NCBI GenBank assembly: GCA_963518725.1
Contig: CAUQLO010000001.1
Location: forward strand, 2,131-66,130
Reading direction: 5' to 3'
Length of the DNA: 64,000 bases
Source: an uncultured Veillonella sp.
GTDB taxonomy: Bacteria > Bacillota > Negativicutes > Veillonellales > Veillonellaceae
Shown: positions 9,682 through 20,800 of the stretch, one piece after another
How the letters are laid out: every line of letters begins with the position of its first letter
Numbering within the stretch: the first letter of the stretch is position 1
Notes under the pieces: model-generated
Told to the model about the DNA's origin: nothing
Database searches by the model: none
What the model saw: only the letters and a program-made list of their open reading frames with translations
Program-made: the position numbers and the translations under genes

Positions 9682-9872
9682 AAGAACTCCTTTCCTAATG
9701 CAAGGGTATAGTTGTATTGTAATATATTTTGTAAGGATACAAAAGGGAATTTCTCTAGACTAGTATACGCGTTATACATGAAAGGACTATGAATCCATTG
9801 CTTTATGCCTTGTGGTCGCCTATAATAAACATAGAAACTCAGTATGATATTCTTTGTTAGGAGTTGTTACCA

Positions 9873-10364
9873 ATGAAAGTTAGAACTATAACGGCCTATG
9901 CTTTATTAATTGCCCTCTGTGCCATTGGTGGACAGATTCACTTCGGGACCTATTCCATTGGATTTGATTCATCCCCAGCCTTTGTAGGGGCCTTGATGCT
10001 GGGACCTGTAGCGGGAGCGGTATTAGGTGCTTTGGGGCATCTAGCGACGGCGGCCTCTACGGGATTTCCACTCAGCGTACCCATGCATGTGGTGGTAGCC
10101 ATTATTATGGCATGCACAGCGGGTAGCGTAGGATATGTGGCGCAGAAGATGACTTCATCTTTCTCTTATGTAGTAGGTGGTATACTAGGATATGTCATTA
10201 ATGTAGGTCTTGGCTTGGCCATTACTGCATGGATGATGCACAGTGTTGAAATTGTGGCTGTCTTGTGGGTGCCCTTGTCCTTGGCGTATGCCTTGAACTA
10301 TGTAGGGGCGGCCCTTGTGGTGAGTCAGCTGAATCGGGTTTTTGGCGGTAAAGGTCATGCGTGA
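9873..10364 (+). CDS. cblT: ECF S-component, alpha-ribazole transporter CblT-like
   Basis: SIGFDSSPAFVGALMLGP..GALGHL..GFPLSVPMH resembles Listeria CblT; adjacent to a CblS-like gene. Confidence 0.7.
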   Translation: MKVRTITAYALLIALCAIGGQIHFGTYSIGFDSSPAFVGALMLGPVAGAVLGALGHLATAASTGFPLSVPMHVVVAIIMACTAGSVGYVAQKMTSSFSYVVGGILGYVINVGLGLAITAWMMHSVEIVAVLWVPLSLAYALNYVGAALVVSQLNRVFGGKGHA

Positions 10365-11085
10365 TATCACAAGGATTCCCTTTCAGAATGGGATGGACTG
10401 GATGATTGCCAGCGATATTAGTAGTGGCATTGGTAGGCAGGCCCATGATGTATTGCACGTACCTTATGCCATGGTGGGCGCCTTTGCGACCCGTGTGGCG
10501 ATGTTGGAAATACTCTGCGCTGGTGGTACGGTGAAAGCTATACAATACTTAGTGGGTGGCGCCTATGATACCGTGGTGGTTCCCGTCATGGAAGGGATTC
10601 AAGAAGAACTAGAACGGGCTGGTGTGGAGGTGCCCATTAATGGGAGCCATGAAAGTAATATGATCGTCAGCACCACCTCGGTAGGGATTACTGCCCTTGG
10701 TTCAGGTCCTGCAGAAGTACCTTGTACAGGGGAACCTTATGCAGTTTATTTATTGGGACGGCCTTTGGTAGGACCAGAGGTTCTTAACTCGCCAGAGTGG
10801 ATTGTTACTTATGAAGAAGTATATCAAGCACTGGCACATCCCAGCACAGAGCGAGTGATTCCCGTGGGGTCCCGTGGGATTCGTCAAGAATTAGACGTAC
10901 TCTGCCACTTACAAGGCCATGAAATCGACACGGTAGATTTAGAAGATGACGTATTAGATCATAGCGGGGGACCCGCTACGTCGGTAGTCGTAGCGGTCAC
11001 AGCCAAAGGAGAAACGGACTGGTTACAAGCTTTTCCAAAGGCACTCTACGTGGGTCGCTATGGAGCTAGAAAGGAATACATATGA
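10357..11085 (+). CDS. cblS: alpha-ribazole kinase CblS-like (PurM/AIR-synthase-related fold)
   Basis: MRD.., IASDISSGIG..D, RVAMLE, INGSHESNM, PVGSRGI, SGGPATS motifs. Confidence 0.68.
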   Translation: MRDITRIPFQNGMDWMIASDISSGIGRQAHDVLHVPYAMVGAFATRVAMLEILCAGGTVKAIQYLVGGAYDTVVVPVMEGIQEELERAGVEVPINGSHESNMIVSTTSVGITALGSGPAEVPCTGEPYAVYLLGRPLVGPEVLNSPEWIVTYEEVYQALAHPSTERVIPVGSRGIRQELDVLCHLQGHEIDTVDLEDDVLDHSGGPATSVVVAVTAKGETDWLQAFPKALYVGRYGARKEYI

Positions 11086-11744
11086 AACGAATATCCTATT
11101 ATCTGGGCTTGGCTCTAATCCTAGGGGGGCTAACGGTAGTTCAAGCAGAGGCGAATCCCTATGACGTGGTAAGCCCACCAGATTGGGAATACCAAGCGCT
11201 CATGACATTGGTAAAACATGGAGCCATTACAGATACAAAAGGAGTGGACCTAGGGTCACGGGCTTTCACTCGTCATGAATTAATCCCTATGATAGCCGAT
11301 GCAGTTTCTCGGCGTGATACGATGAATGAAAGCGACAAGATGTTGGCGATACGCCTATACCATGAAAATCGTCGGGCCATCATGAACTATGAGATTGAAC
11401 AGGAAGAGGCGGCACAAGGGAAAGACCAGGAAGTGGGAAACGATGAGGGCATGCCGATTGTGCTGGATCCAGTTTTGACGAAGGAAGAAATCCAAAAGAA
11501 AATGGAGTCCTTCCAAATTGATGCGACTGCGTTGCCAACGCATGGTGCGGTATCATTGCGGACGTATAACCAGGGTACAACTGAGAGAAAACAGTTAGAA
11601 TTAGTAGTACCTTCGGTGAAGGCTGAAGGGAACATAACCTTACAACCGATTGATGAAGAAGTGCAAGAGATTATGGCTGGAGGCCAATGGGATGCGTCCA
11701 AAAAGGGGCAACAACCGATTATTAAAGCGGCCAAACAAGGATAA
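11082..11744 (+). CDS. secreted protein with degenerate SLH domain (OmpM-like N-terminus)
   Basis: Signal peptide, then NPYDVV..DWEYQAL..L..GAI...FTRHEL..MIA. Confidence 0.6.
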   Translation: MKRISYYLGLALILGGLTVVQAEANPYDVVSPPDWEYQALMTLVKHGAITDTKGVDLGSRAFTRHELIPMIADAVSRRDTMNESDKMLAIRLYHENRRAIMNYEIEQEEAAQGKDQEVGNDEGMPIVLDPVLTKEEIQKKMESFQIDATALPTHGAVSLRTYNQGTTERKQLELVVPSVKAEGNITLQPIDEEVQEIMAGGQWDASKKGQQPIIKAAKQG

Positions 11745-11775
11745 GCATCAAGTGGTTAAAATAGAGGGAAAAATT

Positions 11776-12471
11776 ATGAATAATGTTGAAGTCATAATAT
11801 TTGATTTAGATAATACGCTATATGACTTTAAATATTTTTGGGGAAAAGCTCACTATCAATTGTATACAGGATTAAATATAAAAGAAATTGACTATAATAC
11901 CTTTATGACGGAGTATTTACTTCAAGACACACTGCTGTGGGCTGATATGTTAGCAGGAAAAATAGATTTAAATGAGTTGAGGGTCATTAGAACATATAGA
12001 ACTTTTAAAAAGTTAGGTATAGATAAATCTATAGAGTTTTGCGAAGAATTTTATAGAAATATGTTTAGTATTTTAGTTGAGGAAATATCGATAGATTATA
12101 CAATAGATAATATATTATCGAATCTAAGTAATAATTATAAGCTGTATATGCTAACTAATGGTTTAAAAAATGAACAAGAACTAAAAATACAAAAATTAGG
12201 GCTCAACAAATATTTTGAGAACATAGCAATTTCTGCGTGTATAGGATATGAGAAACCTAGCTTAAATGCATTTTTGTATTTAATTGATAATTTTGGCATA
12301 AAACCAAGTAATAGCATTATGATTGGTGATTCGTATATACATGATATTGAGCCAGCAATTAAACTAAATTTTAATACACTTCATATAGATTATAAAAAAA
12401 TAGTTACACTGAATTATAATTTTAATGAAGATATATTAGAATTTTGGGGGGAGAAAATTCTATGGGCCTAA
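11776..12471 (+). CDS. HAD-superfamily hydrolase (YjjG/YfnB-like nucleotidase), AT-rich
   Basis: FDLDNTL motif I, LTNG motif II, EKP, MIGDS..HDI motif IV; start moved to ATG 11776. Confidence 0.88.
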   Translation: MNNVEVIIFDLDNTLYDFKYFWGKAHYQLYTGLNIKEIDYNTFMTEYLLQDTLLWADMLAGKIDLNELRVIRTYRTFKKLGIDKSIEFCEEFYRNMFSILVEEISIDYTIDNILSNLSNNYKLYMLTNGLKNEQELKIQKLGLNKYFENIAISACIGYEKPSLNAFLYLIDNFGIKPSNSIMIGDSYIHDIEPAIKLNFNTLHIDYKKIVTLNYNFNEDILEFWGEKILWA

Positions 12472-12655
12472 ATACAATAGTTGTTTTATGGATTACTGTG
12501 TTTTTTTATCTAGTATAGCACTATGCTTTTTTTGGGTAATAAATGATATTGCTATGGAATTTAGTATATCATTGTCTTTGTTGGGTCAAACTGCAACGGT
12601 GTATGGTGTGTCATTGGCTAGGGTGTATTCAGTGTTAATAAATATATATGCTTGA
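12462..12655 (+). pseudogene. frameshifted, truncated MFS-transporter N-terminal fragment
   Basis: ATG overlaps the HAD gene end; adding one T in the T7 tract (12501-12507) gives MGLNTIVVLWITVFFLSSIALCFFWVINDIAMEFSISLSLLGQTATVYG..., like TM1-TM2 of DHA1/NepI-type MFS. Confidence 0.5.
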
Positions 12656-12729
12656 ATTAATCGAAGAAATTCGGTATACTAAAAGTTAGCAATCCATTTG
12701 GTGTACTTTCATCATGAAGCGGAGGAACT

Positions 12730-13251
12730 ATGATTATACGAGAAGAGAAGAAACGCGAATTTTATACGGTCACAGCTCTCGTGCGTGAAGCTTATATTAA
12801 TGCAGATCGCAGTACAGGACGAGAATATAAACTAGTGGAAGCATTGCGTGAGTCTGATGCGTATATTCCTAAGTTATCTTTGGTGTCGGTCATCGACAAT
12901 GCCATTGCAGGGTATGGTATGTTCCTGCGCGGCAAAGTTGGTGATCAAGATGTGCTTATTTTGGGCCTACTGGCGGTGGCACAGTCTATGCGTGGACACG
13001 GCGTAGGGGGAGCTCTTGTCTTAGAGGGTCAACGATTGGCTCGTAAGATGGGATATTCCTACTTGTTCGTGTACGGTAGTAATGTGTACTACCCACGGTT
13101 GGGCTATGATTTTGCACATAACTTTGGTGTAGAGCCACCAGAAGGATTGGACCGGGAGCATATGATGGGGATTCGATTAGATCCTAATGCGGAGCCTCTC
13201 AATGGTACATTGGAATACCCGGAACTTTTTAAAACCCTAGAAATGTTCTAG
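12730..13251 (+). CDS. GNAT N-acetyltransferase (YhbS-like)
   Basis: LAV...RGHGVGGALV, YYPRLGY; SD GGAGG. Confidence 0.88.
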   Translation: MIIREEKKREFYTVTALVREAYINADRSTGREYKLVEALRESDAYIPKLSLVSVIDNAIAGYGMFLRGKVGDQDVLILGLLAVAQSMRGHGVGGALVLEGQRLARKMGYSYLFVYGSNVYYPRLGYDFAHNFGVEPPEGLDREHMMGIRLDPNAEPLNGTLEYPELFKTLEMF

Positions 13252-13285
13252 GTGACTACGAGTTATGTCGTAGTAGGTATTAGAT

Positions 13286-13327
13286 AGACAGTTCGAGATC
13301 CTCCTGTCTGTAAACAAAACTAAGGAG
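13286..13327 (+). ncRNA. preQ1-I riboswitch (translational)
   Basis: P1 AGACAG/CTGTCT, loop TTCGAGATCCTC, tail AAACAAAACTA running into SD AGGAG; upstream of queT-queF. Confidence 0.9.
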
Positions 13328-13332
13328 TTATA

Positions 13333-13833
13333 ATGAAACAATTTAACAACACACAACGATTGACGATTTCTGCCATTTCCATCGCCATGTATTTGGCGCT
13401 TATGATCGGTACACAAGGCTTTGCCTTTGGTCAGTATCAAGTGCGTATCGCAACAGCGCTCTATGGATTGTCAGCAATCTTCCCATTCACCATTCCAGCC
13501 TTTGGTATTGCGAACTTTGTAAGTAATACAGTGATGGGCGGTTTTGGTATGGTGGATGCTATCGGTGGAGCTATCGTAGGGTTATTGACGACAGGTCTAA
13601 TTGTTCTTGCAAAGCGCCAAGGCTTAGGCAACTGGGTATTGATTCCTATCATTACCTTTGTACCAGGATTGATTGTACCAATTTGGTTGACCTATTTCTT
13701 GCCAGTTCCGTACTGGGTATTAGTGAGCTCCCTCGTAGTAGGTCAGTTCGTGTGTGGTGTGGTGAGCTACTTCCTCATCAATGCATTAGAGAAAGTAGTG
13801 TATAAAAATAAGGAGGCCTTAGTTCGTGAGTAG
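13333..13833 (+). CDS. queT: queuosine-precursor ECF S-component QueT
   Basis: [10 protein letters not shown] motif, hydrophobic, preQ1 riboswitch and queF context. Confidence 0.85.
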   Translation: MKQFNNTQRLTISAISIAMYLALMIGTQGFAFGQYQVRIATALYGLSAIFPFTIPAFGIANFVSNTVMGGFGMVDAIGGAIVGLLTTGLIVLAKRQGLGNWVLIPIITFVPGLIVPIWLTYFLPVPYWVLVSSLVVGQFVCGVVSYFLINALEKVVYKNKEALVRE

Positions 13834-14323
13834 TGGTCGTAATGCAGCAGAATTACAAGGTGTTCATGCTTTAGGTAGCCATACGGACTATCCTACGGAT
13901 TATGCGCCGCAAGTGCTAGAAGCATTTCCTAACAAACATCCAGGGAATGACTATTTTGTGAAATTCAATTGTCCAGAGTTTACCAGCCTTTGTCCAATGA
14001 CGGGGCAACCGGACTTTGCAACGATTTACATTTCCTATGTGCCAGATGAAAAACTGGTGGAAAGTAAATCCTTAAAATTATATTTATTTAGTTTCCGCAA
14101 CCATGGAGACTTTCACGAAGATTGTATCAATATTATCATGAAAGATTTAGTGGCATTGATGGAGCCTAAATATATTGAAGTGTGGGGCGAATTTACACCT
14201 CGTGGGGGCTTGTCCATTGACCCGTACGCCAATTATGGCAAACCGGGCACCGATTGGGAAGCTACAGCGAAGGAGCGCTTGCACTTTCACGATATGCAAC
14301 CAAAACGGGTAGCGTACCGTTAA
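13826..14323 (+). CDS. queF: NADPH-dependent 7-cyano-7-deazaguanine reductase
   Basis: [34 protein letters not shown]. Confidence 0.96.
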   Translation: MSSGRNAAELQGVHALGSHTDYPTDYAPQVLEAFPNKHPGNDYFVKFNCPEFTSLCPMTGQPDFATIYISYVPDEKLVESKSLKLYLFSFRNHGDFHEDCINIIMKDLVALMEPKYIEVWGEFTPRGGLSIDPYANYGKPGTDWEATAKERLHFHDMQPKRVAYR

Positions 14324-14337
14324 TTACATACATACTA

Positions 14338-14373
14338 TTGCCAGGTCAATCGGTTGAGGGACCTGGCAATTTT
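14338..14373 (+). terminator. terminator after queF
   Basis: TTGCCAGGTC...GACCTGGCAA followed by T-run. Confidence 0.65.
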
Positions 14374-14439
14374 ACTAACGGCCCTAGACATGATAGGATA
14401 GAGATAGATACAACGTGTTGAGAGGAAAAGGAGTTGGAC

Positions 14440-17400
14440 ATGCAACCACAGTTATATATTGGCGGAGCGGGCACGGGAAAAACTACGGCTTGTTTCGCAG
14501 AGATAGAGCGAATTTTACAAGACCATCCAGACCACCAAATTATCGTCCTTGTGCCAGACCCTGCGACGTATATGATGGAGCGCAAGCTCGCAGAGTATCG
14601 TCAGGAAAAAGGATTCACCACGGTGCGCGTAGTGGGGATGACGCGGCTAGCCTATCAAGTATATCAATCCTTGGGCAAGGTGAAAGAGGGCGGTTTGTCG
14701 GAGATTGGCAAGAAATTAGTCCTTCGGGTGCTGTTAAAGCAATCCGCTGGAGAATTGGACTTGTTTAAACAAGCGGCGAAACAACCTCATTTTGGAGATG
14801 TCATACAAGGGTTGTTGACGGAGTGTAAAGCCTTTGGAGTGACGCCAGAGGACTTGTCAGGCGCTGTAAAATATGTAGATTCCATGGTGTTGGGCAGGAA
14901 ATTACAAGAATTATCCTTGTTGTTAGAACGCTACGATGCAGCGTTGGAAGAACTAGGCGTCCAAGATTCCATGGAAGAATTGATTGAAATCTTACCGCAG
15001 TCGCCACTGATGCAACGGTGTCATGTCTTTGTGGATGGATTCCATTGGTTTACGCCCTTACAGTATCGATTAATCCAACGGTTATTTTCCCTCAGTGAGT
15101 CCCGCCATATGACGATTAGTTTGCCATCCTTAGAGGAAGAGGTGCACAGTCGCAAGGGATCTATGTATTTCCGTGTTTGGGAGACGTACCGAGATATGAT
15201 GACTTGGTATCCAGAGGCGGTCATCCATGACATGAACACTGTCTATCGAGGCACTCCGCTGTTACAACAATTGAACACACAATTTTTTAGAACCCCTATG
15301 AAAGCAAACACCACCGAAGACTCGTTGACCATGGTGAGTGCCTACAATCGAGAGCGGGAAGCCGATGCCGTGTGCCGTAATATCTTGGCATACCGTCAAG
15401 AAGAGGGACATCGCTGGAAAGACTGTACCATTATCTTGCGGGACATGGAGTCCTACGGTGATGTACTGGAAAAAGCATGCATGAATTATGGTATCCCCTT
15501 CTTTTCGGACCAACGGAAGATGATGACTAGCCATCCTTTGGCGGAGTTCTTGCAAGGTCTATTCCATGTGTATCGTACTTTCTTTGATCATGATGCGGTG
15601 TTCCGCTTGCTGAAAACAGACTTTGCGCCTTTCACTCGTGAAGAAGTAGATCGACTAGAGAATTATTGTTTAGAATATGGGATTCAAGGGACGGCGTGGC
15701 TCCGAGATACATGGACCTATGGTGGTGAAGATGATGCAGAGCGACGGGCTGTGATGCAAGACTTGCATGATCGCGTGTTGCACCAAGTATTACGACCTAT
15801 TTACGACTTCTGTAAACTGCCACATAGGGGTCAGGAATGGAGTGAGTTCCTATTCCAAACCATGCAAGATTGGCGCATTCCAGAGCAGTTGAAACAGTGG
15901 TATGACGAAGCAGAAGCGCGTGGGGATGTACAAGAAAGTGCCAGCCATGTACAGATCTATAAACATGCCATTCAATTGCTAGAGGAATGTGCGTCTGTGA
16001 CGGGTACAGAGGAGTTGAGCGCCCAAGAGATGGGGCTCATCATCGAGGAAGGGCTCAGCGAAGTGACCTACTCCTTGGTACCGCCATCGTTGGACCATGT
16101 GACGATTACCACCATCGACCGTAGCTATATGACAGATGCGAAGGAAGTCTATGTGCTAGGCCTTAATGAGGGTGTATTCCCTCGCAAAATGGGGGACGAA
16201 GGCATTCTTCGTGACCAAGAGCGGACGGCTTTAGCGAAGGTAGGGGTGCAACTAGCGGCAGGCGCTTTAGGGCAAATGTTTAATGAAAATTTCTTGTTCT
16301 ATTTAGCTTGTACTCGTGCTAGCCAAGGATTGCACCTGTCCTATGTCACATCTGATGAAGAAGGATCCAAAATGGAACCGTCTTTGGTGGTGCGCCGGTT
16401 ACAACAATATGGGTATGTGAAAGCCATAGAAGAAGCGCCACTATCTATGCCAGAGGGGCGAGAACAGGACTACCTGTGGCGACCATCCCAGAGCTTAGGG
16501 CTCTTTTCTAGTCGCATGAGCGCCCTTATGAAAGGAGACTCTATCGCCTCCACTTGGTGGAGCCTCTATAACTGGGGTTTGGAAATGGGCTATAGAGGGG
16601 AAGTATTTTTCGCCACAAGAGGTATGTTTGATTCCAATACAGTACCGCGCATTGAGCAATCCATTGTGCGAGGGTTGTTGCTACGCAGTGATGCCTTAAC
16701 GGGCTCCGTCACACGATTAGAACGATACCATCGTTGCCCATACAGTTTCTATGCCCAATATGCGCTGCGCTTAGCCCCACGGAAGGTGAAATCCTTTGGG
16801 GCCCCTGAAATTGGTACCTTCCTGCACGATACATTGCGCTATTTAGGGGAGTATCTATTGCAACAAGGTCGACAATGGCGTGACTTAACAGAGGAAGAAC
16901 AAGAATCATTATGCCGTGAAGCGGCTGATGCGGTGATGGGCACAGAAGAGCGAGATGCGTACGAAGCGCAACTGTACACACGGTTAACGTCTACCCTGTC
17001 GGCTACTGTGGCACGCCTTGTAGATTGGTCTAAGAAAAGCGAGTTTTCCACTACAGAAATAGAGCAAAGTTTTGGCATGGGCACATCTAACTGGCGTCCA
17101 GTGCGCATTCCATTGGGCAAAAACTATGGCGAAAGTATCGTACTGCGCGGTCAAATAGACCGTGTCGATGAATATCGAGGACCTCTTGGTCATTATGCGG
17201 CAGTGATTGACTATAAATCAGGGGGCACTACGGTGCGAGCTGATGAAATTTACTATGGCTTGAAATTACAATTAATGACCTATCTATTGGCATTGGAAAA
17301 GAATACACAAGATAGAATTGGCACAGCGGCTGCCCTCTATACCTATGTACGGAATCCGCAAGTGAAATTGTCTGAAGTAGTGAATCACAGACGGGCAGAG

Positions 17401-17832
17401 GAAGAAAAAGCTACTATCCAAGAGTTGAAAAATAGTGGATACTTTGTAGACGGGGATGTGTTACAATCCTTAGATGTAACGAGGGCTTATCAAAGCAATT
17501 CTCCATATGTACCGATTGTTCTGAAAAAGGACGGCACTCCAGATAGTCGCACATCCAAAAGTTTGAAGACGATGGAACAATTTGGCCTTATGAAGGAATA
17601 CACAAAACAAATTATTTCCAACAGTGGTACACAGATGATGGATGGAGAGTTTCCTATTAGTCCGTACCAAAAGGATAAGCGACGGCCATGTGAATATTGT
17701 GAGTTCCAAGCCTTATGTCGCTTTGATGGAACGCGCAATAGATATCGCTATATTAAGACCATGACCGAAGAGGAAGCATTGGAGAAGATGGAAGCATTAC
17801 AAACAGGAGGGGCTACCTATGAAATGGACTGA
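14440..17832 (+). CDS. addB: ATP-dependent helicase/nuclease subunit B
   Basis: GGAGTGKT, RCPYSFY plus CEYCEFQALC Fe-S staple, GQIDRVD..IDYKS nuclease motifs. Confidence 0.93.
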   Translation: MQPQLYIGGAGTGKTTACFAEIERILQDHPDHQIIVLVPDPATYMMERKLAEYRQEKGFTTVRVVGMTRLAYQVYQSLGKVKEGGLSEIGKKLVLRVLLKQSAGELDLFKQAAKQPHFGDVIQGLLTECKAFGVTPEDLSGAVKYVDSMVLGRKLQELSLLLERYDAALEELGVQDSMEELIEILPQSPLMQRCHVFVDGFHWFTPLQYRLIQRLFSLSESRHMTISLPSLEEEVHSRKGSMYFRVWETYRDMMTWYPEAVIHDMNTVYRGTPLLQQLNTQFFRTPMKANTTEDSLTMVSAYNREREADAVCRNILAYRQEEGHRWKDCTIILRDMESYGDVLEKACMNYGIPFFSDQRKMMTSHPLAEFLQGLFHVYRTFFDHDAVFRLLKTDFAPFTREEVDRLENYCLEYGIQGTAWLRDTWTYGGEDDAERRAVMQDLHDRVLHQVLRPIYDFCKLPHRGQEWSEFLFQTMQDWRIPEQLKQWYDEAEARGDVQESASHVQIYKHAIQLLEECASVTGTEELSAQEMGLIIEEGLSEVTYSLVPPSLDHVTITTIDRSYMTDAKEVYVLGLNEGVFPRKMGDEGILRDQERTALAKVGVQLAAGALGQMFNENFLFYLACTRASQGLHLSYVTSDEEGSKMEPSLVVRRLQQYGYVKAIEEAPLSMPEGREQDYLWRPSQSLGLFSSRMSALMKGDSIASTWWSLYNWGLEMGYRGEVFFATRGMFDSNTVPRIEQSIVRGLLLRSDALTGSVTRLERYHRCPYSFYAQYALRLAPRKVKSFGAPEIGTFLHDTLRYLGEYLLQQGRQWRDLTEEEQESLCREAADAVMGTEERDAYEAQLYTRLTSTLSATVARLVDWSKKSEFSTTEIEQSFGMGTSNWRPVRIPLGKNYGESIVLRGQIDRVDEYRGPLGHYAAVIDYKSGGTTVRADEIYYGLKLQLMTYLLALEKNTQDRIGTAAALYTYVRNPQVKLSEVVNHRRAEEEKATIQELKNSGYFVDGDVLQSLDVTRAYQSNSPYVPIVLKKDGTPDSRTSKSLKTMEQFGLMKEYTKQIISNSGTQMMDGEFPISPYQKDKRRPCEYCEFQALCRFDGTRNRYRYIKTMTEEEALEKMEALQTGGATYEMD

Positions 17833-20800
17833 TGCGCAACAGAGCGCTATTGATGCACCTAGACCAGGGCAGTTACCATCCCAAACTATTTTGGTGTCCG
17901 CTGCGGCGGGATCTGGTAAAACGGCAGTCCTCGTAGAGCGTATGATACAACGCCTGAAACGGCGAGAGCTAAGTATTCAAGAACTGATGGTGGTGACTTT
18001 CACAAAGGCGGCAGCAGCGGAGATGAAAGCTCGTATCGGGGTGAAACTAGCGGAAGAGTTTCAAGCTACAGGGGATGCTTATTTAGAAGAACAATTGAAT
18101 ATGTTGCCGTCCGCCCATATTTCTACTTTGCACTCCTTTTGCCAATGGGTAATCCGCAGTTATTTTTATAAACTGGATATAGACCCGTCTTTTACTATCG
18201 GCAATGAAGGGGAATTGGCGCTTATGCGCTACGATGTGCTAGATACCATTTTGCTGCAGGCCTACGAACAGGGACTATATAACATTTACGATGTGAGCGA
18301 TATGTTTAGCACGGAACGATCAGACCAGATCCTGCGGGAGACGGTCTTTCAAATATACAACTTTGCCTTGGCTCAAAGTCAGCCTATGCGATGGTTAGAT
18401 CAGGTGTGTCATACCTATGAAAGTGCTTTACACCAAACCTTGTTAGAAACTACTTGGGGCACATTATTTTGGAAAGAACAACAACGACAAATTGAGTATC
18501 TGTTAGAGCGCTATGAAGAGGCACAGCGCTTGGCGACCTTAGGTAATGGGTTCGATAAATGGATGGAGAAGGTCAGCGACTTGCAAACGCTATTACAAGC
18601 TATGCAAAAAGCAGACACCTGGGATACTATGCATGTGGGTGTAGTGGGCATTGGGGGATTTAGTTTCCCTGTACTCCGTGCCACTAAGGCTATGAATGAA
18701 AGCGATCCAGCTATCCTGAGTGAAATCAAAGCCATCTTGTCAGAAGGAAAAGAGATATTGCAAGCCATGCCGAAAGGTGTCTTTGCTATTACGGAAGTAG
18801 ATTGGCGAGAGCAAATGGAATACTTAGTACCGTTGGTACGAGGTATCATCCAGCTGGTGAAACGATTCCATGAGGACTTTCAACGGGCAAAACAAGAAGC
18901 GGGTATGATCGATTTCTCCGATTTGGAACATTTATGCTTAGCCTTATTAGTAGACCCAGAATCTACAGAGGAACTTAAGCCATCTGAGGTGGCGTTGGAG
19001 TTACAGGGCACATTCAAAGAAGTGATGGTCGATGAATACCAAGACACGAATGGCGTCCAAGAGGCTATCGTGAACTTAGTATCTCGTGGGGACAATCGAT
19101 TCTATGTGGGTGATGTGAAACAGTCTATTTATGGATTCCGTATGGCAGACCCGCAGTTATTTATGGAGAAGTACCATCGGTTTGACCATGATGTGAACGG
19201 TGTGGAACGGCGTATCGATTTGTCACAAAACTTCCGTTCCCATGAAGCGATTCTAAATGTGACGAACTTTATCTTTTCTCAAATTATGACTGATGAAGGG
19301 GCAGGTCTTACCTATGGTGAGGCAGAGGCGCTCCACACAGGTCGCATCGTAGAAGAGGCGCCACCAGAATGGGTAGGTGGTGATGTAGAAGTGCACGTTC
19401 TTTGCTGTGATGAAGATAAGGCACAGACAGACCCTGAAGATGGAGAAGACCTAGAGAACGATGAAAAAGAAATGCTCTTTGTGATCCGTAAAATTCAAGA
19501 GTTAAAGGATAATGGTGCTTTGGTGCAAGATAAAGATGGCACCTTTCGCCCTATAGAGTGGCGAGACATTGTACTCTTAAAACGGTCTATCTCTGGGTCC
19601 GCGAGCCGTATGATCGACCTGCTACGGCGAGAGGGTATCCCTGCCTATACAGAGGAAAAGTCGGGCTATTTCAGTGCTATGGAAGTGCAATTTGTGCTGT
19701 CCTTGTTGCAAATTATCGATAATCCAGAGCAGGACTTGCCTATGGCCATCGTTTTGCAATCGCCTCTTATCGGGATGGATGCGAATGATTTAGGGCGTAT
19801 TCGTCTGTCTGTAGAGGAGAACAGCTTGTGGAGCGGGTTGCGCCCATTTGTAGAAGCTTCCCAGAATGCAGGATGGATTCGCTTTGTGGACTCCATGGAC
19901 ACCTGGCGGACCATGTCTCGCCGTCAAGGCATTACGGACTTAATTTGGCATATTTACGACACCTTGCATGTGGTAGAATACGTGAGCGCCATGCCAAATG
20001 GCTTGGTGCGTCGTGGCAATGTGCTGGCCTTGTATGAGCGAGCGAAACAATATGAAAGTGGCAATTACCGTGGCTTATTCCGGTTCTTGCGCTTTATTGA
20101 AAGCTTGCAGGCATCCGGAGAAGATTTAAGCGTTGCCAAAACGGTGAGTGAAGCGGACAATGTGGTGCGTATTATGACCATCCACAAAAGTAAGGGCTTA
20201 GAGTTCCCCGTGGTGTTTCTCATGGGCACTCAAAAGGGCTTTAACAAAATGGATTTGAACCGGTCCTTGCTATTGCACAAGGAATATGGAGTGGGTTTGA
20301 AAGGGTATTTCCCAGACTTGCGTGTGATGTATAATTCCTTACCTTGGATTTTCGTGCGCCAAGCTTTGGAAGAAAATTTGAAAGCTGAAGAGGAGCGTAT
20401 CCTTTATGTAGCATTAACTCGGCCTAAAGATAAACTGTATATTACAGGTTATATGAAGGGGTCTATCAATGGCTTTACGGATCGACCTGCGACGAAGAAA
20501 ATGGGTGAATGGGTAGCGCCTGTATTGCAGTGGGGTGAAAGTGCTTTCACGAAAGAGCAGATTCTAGGATGTAATTCCTATTTAGATTGGATATTGCGAA
20601 GTTTAGCTCGCCACGTAGCAGGTGGCATGCAGTTGCGCCAATTTGCGGAGGTAGAAAGTCCGCAATTCCCAGATATACCGTACAAAGATTGCCCTGTGAC
20701 CTTCCATGTTCATGATGGGAATGATTACAGTGTTTCACAGGAAACACCGTCCGTAGAAATAGACATTCTAGAACAAGTACGTGCCCAATTACCGGTGGAA

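Noticed and set aside
9700..9865. Cobalamin riboswitch upstream of cblT (AAAGGGAAT seen)
   Set aside because: No B12 box or other conserved elements; the likely -10 lies downstream of this string
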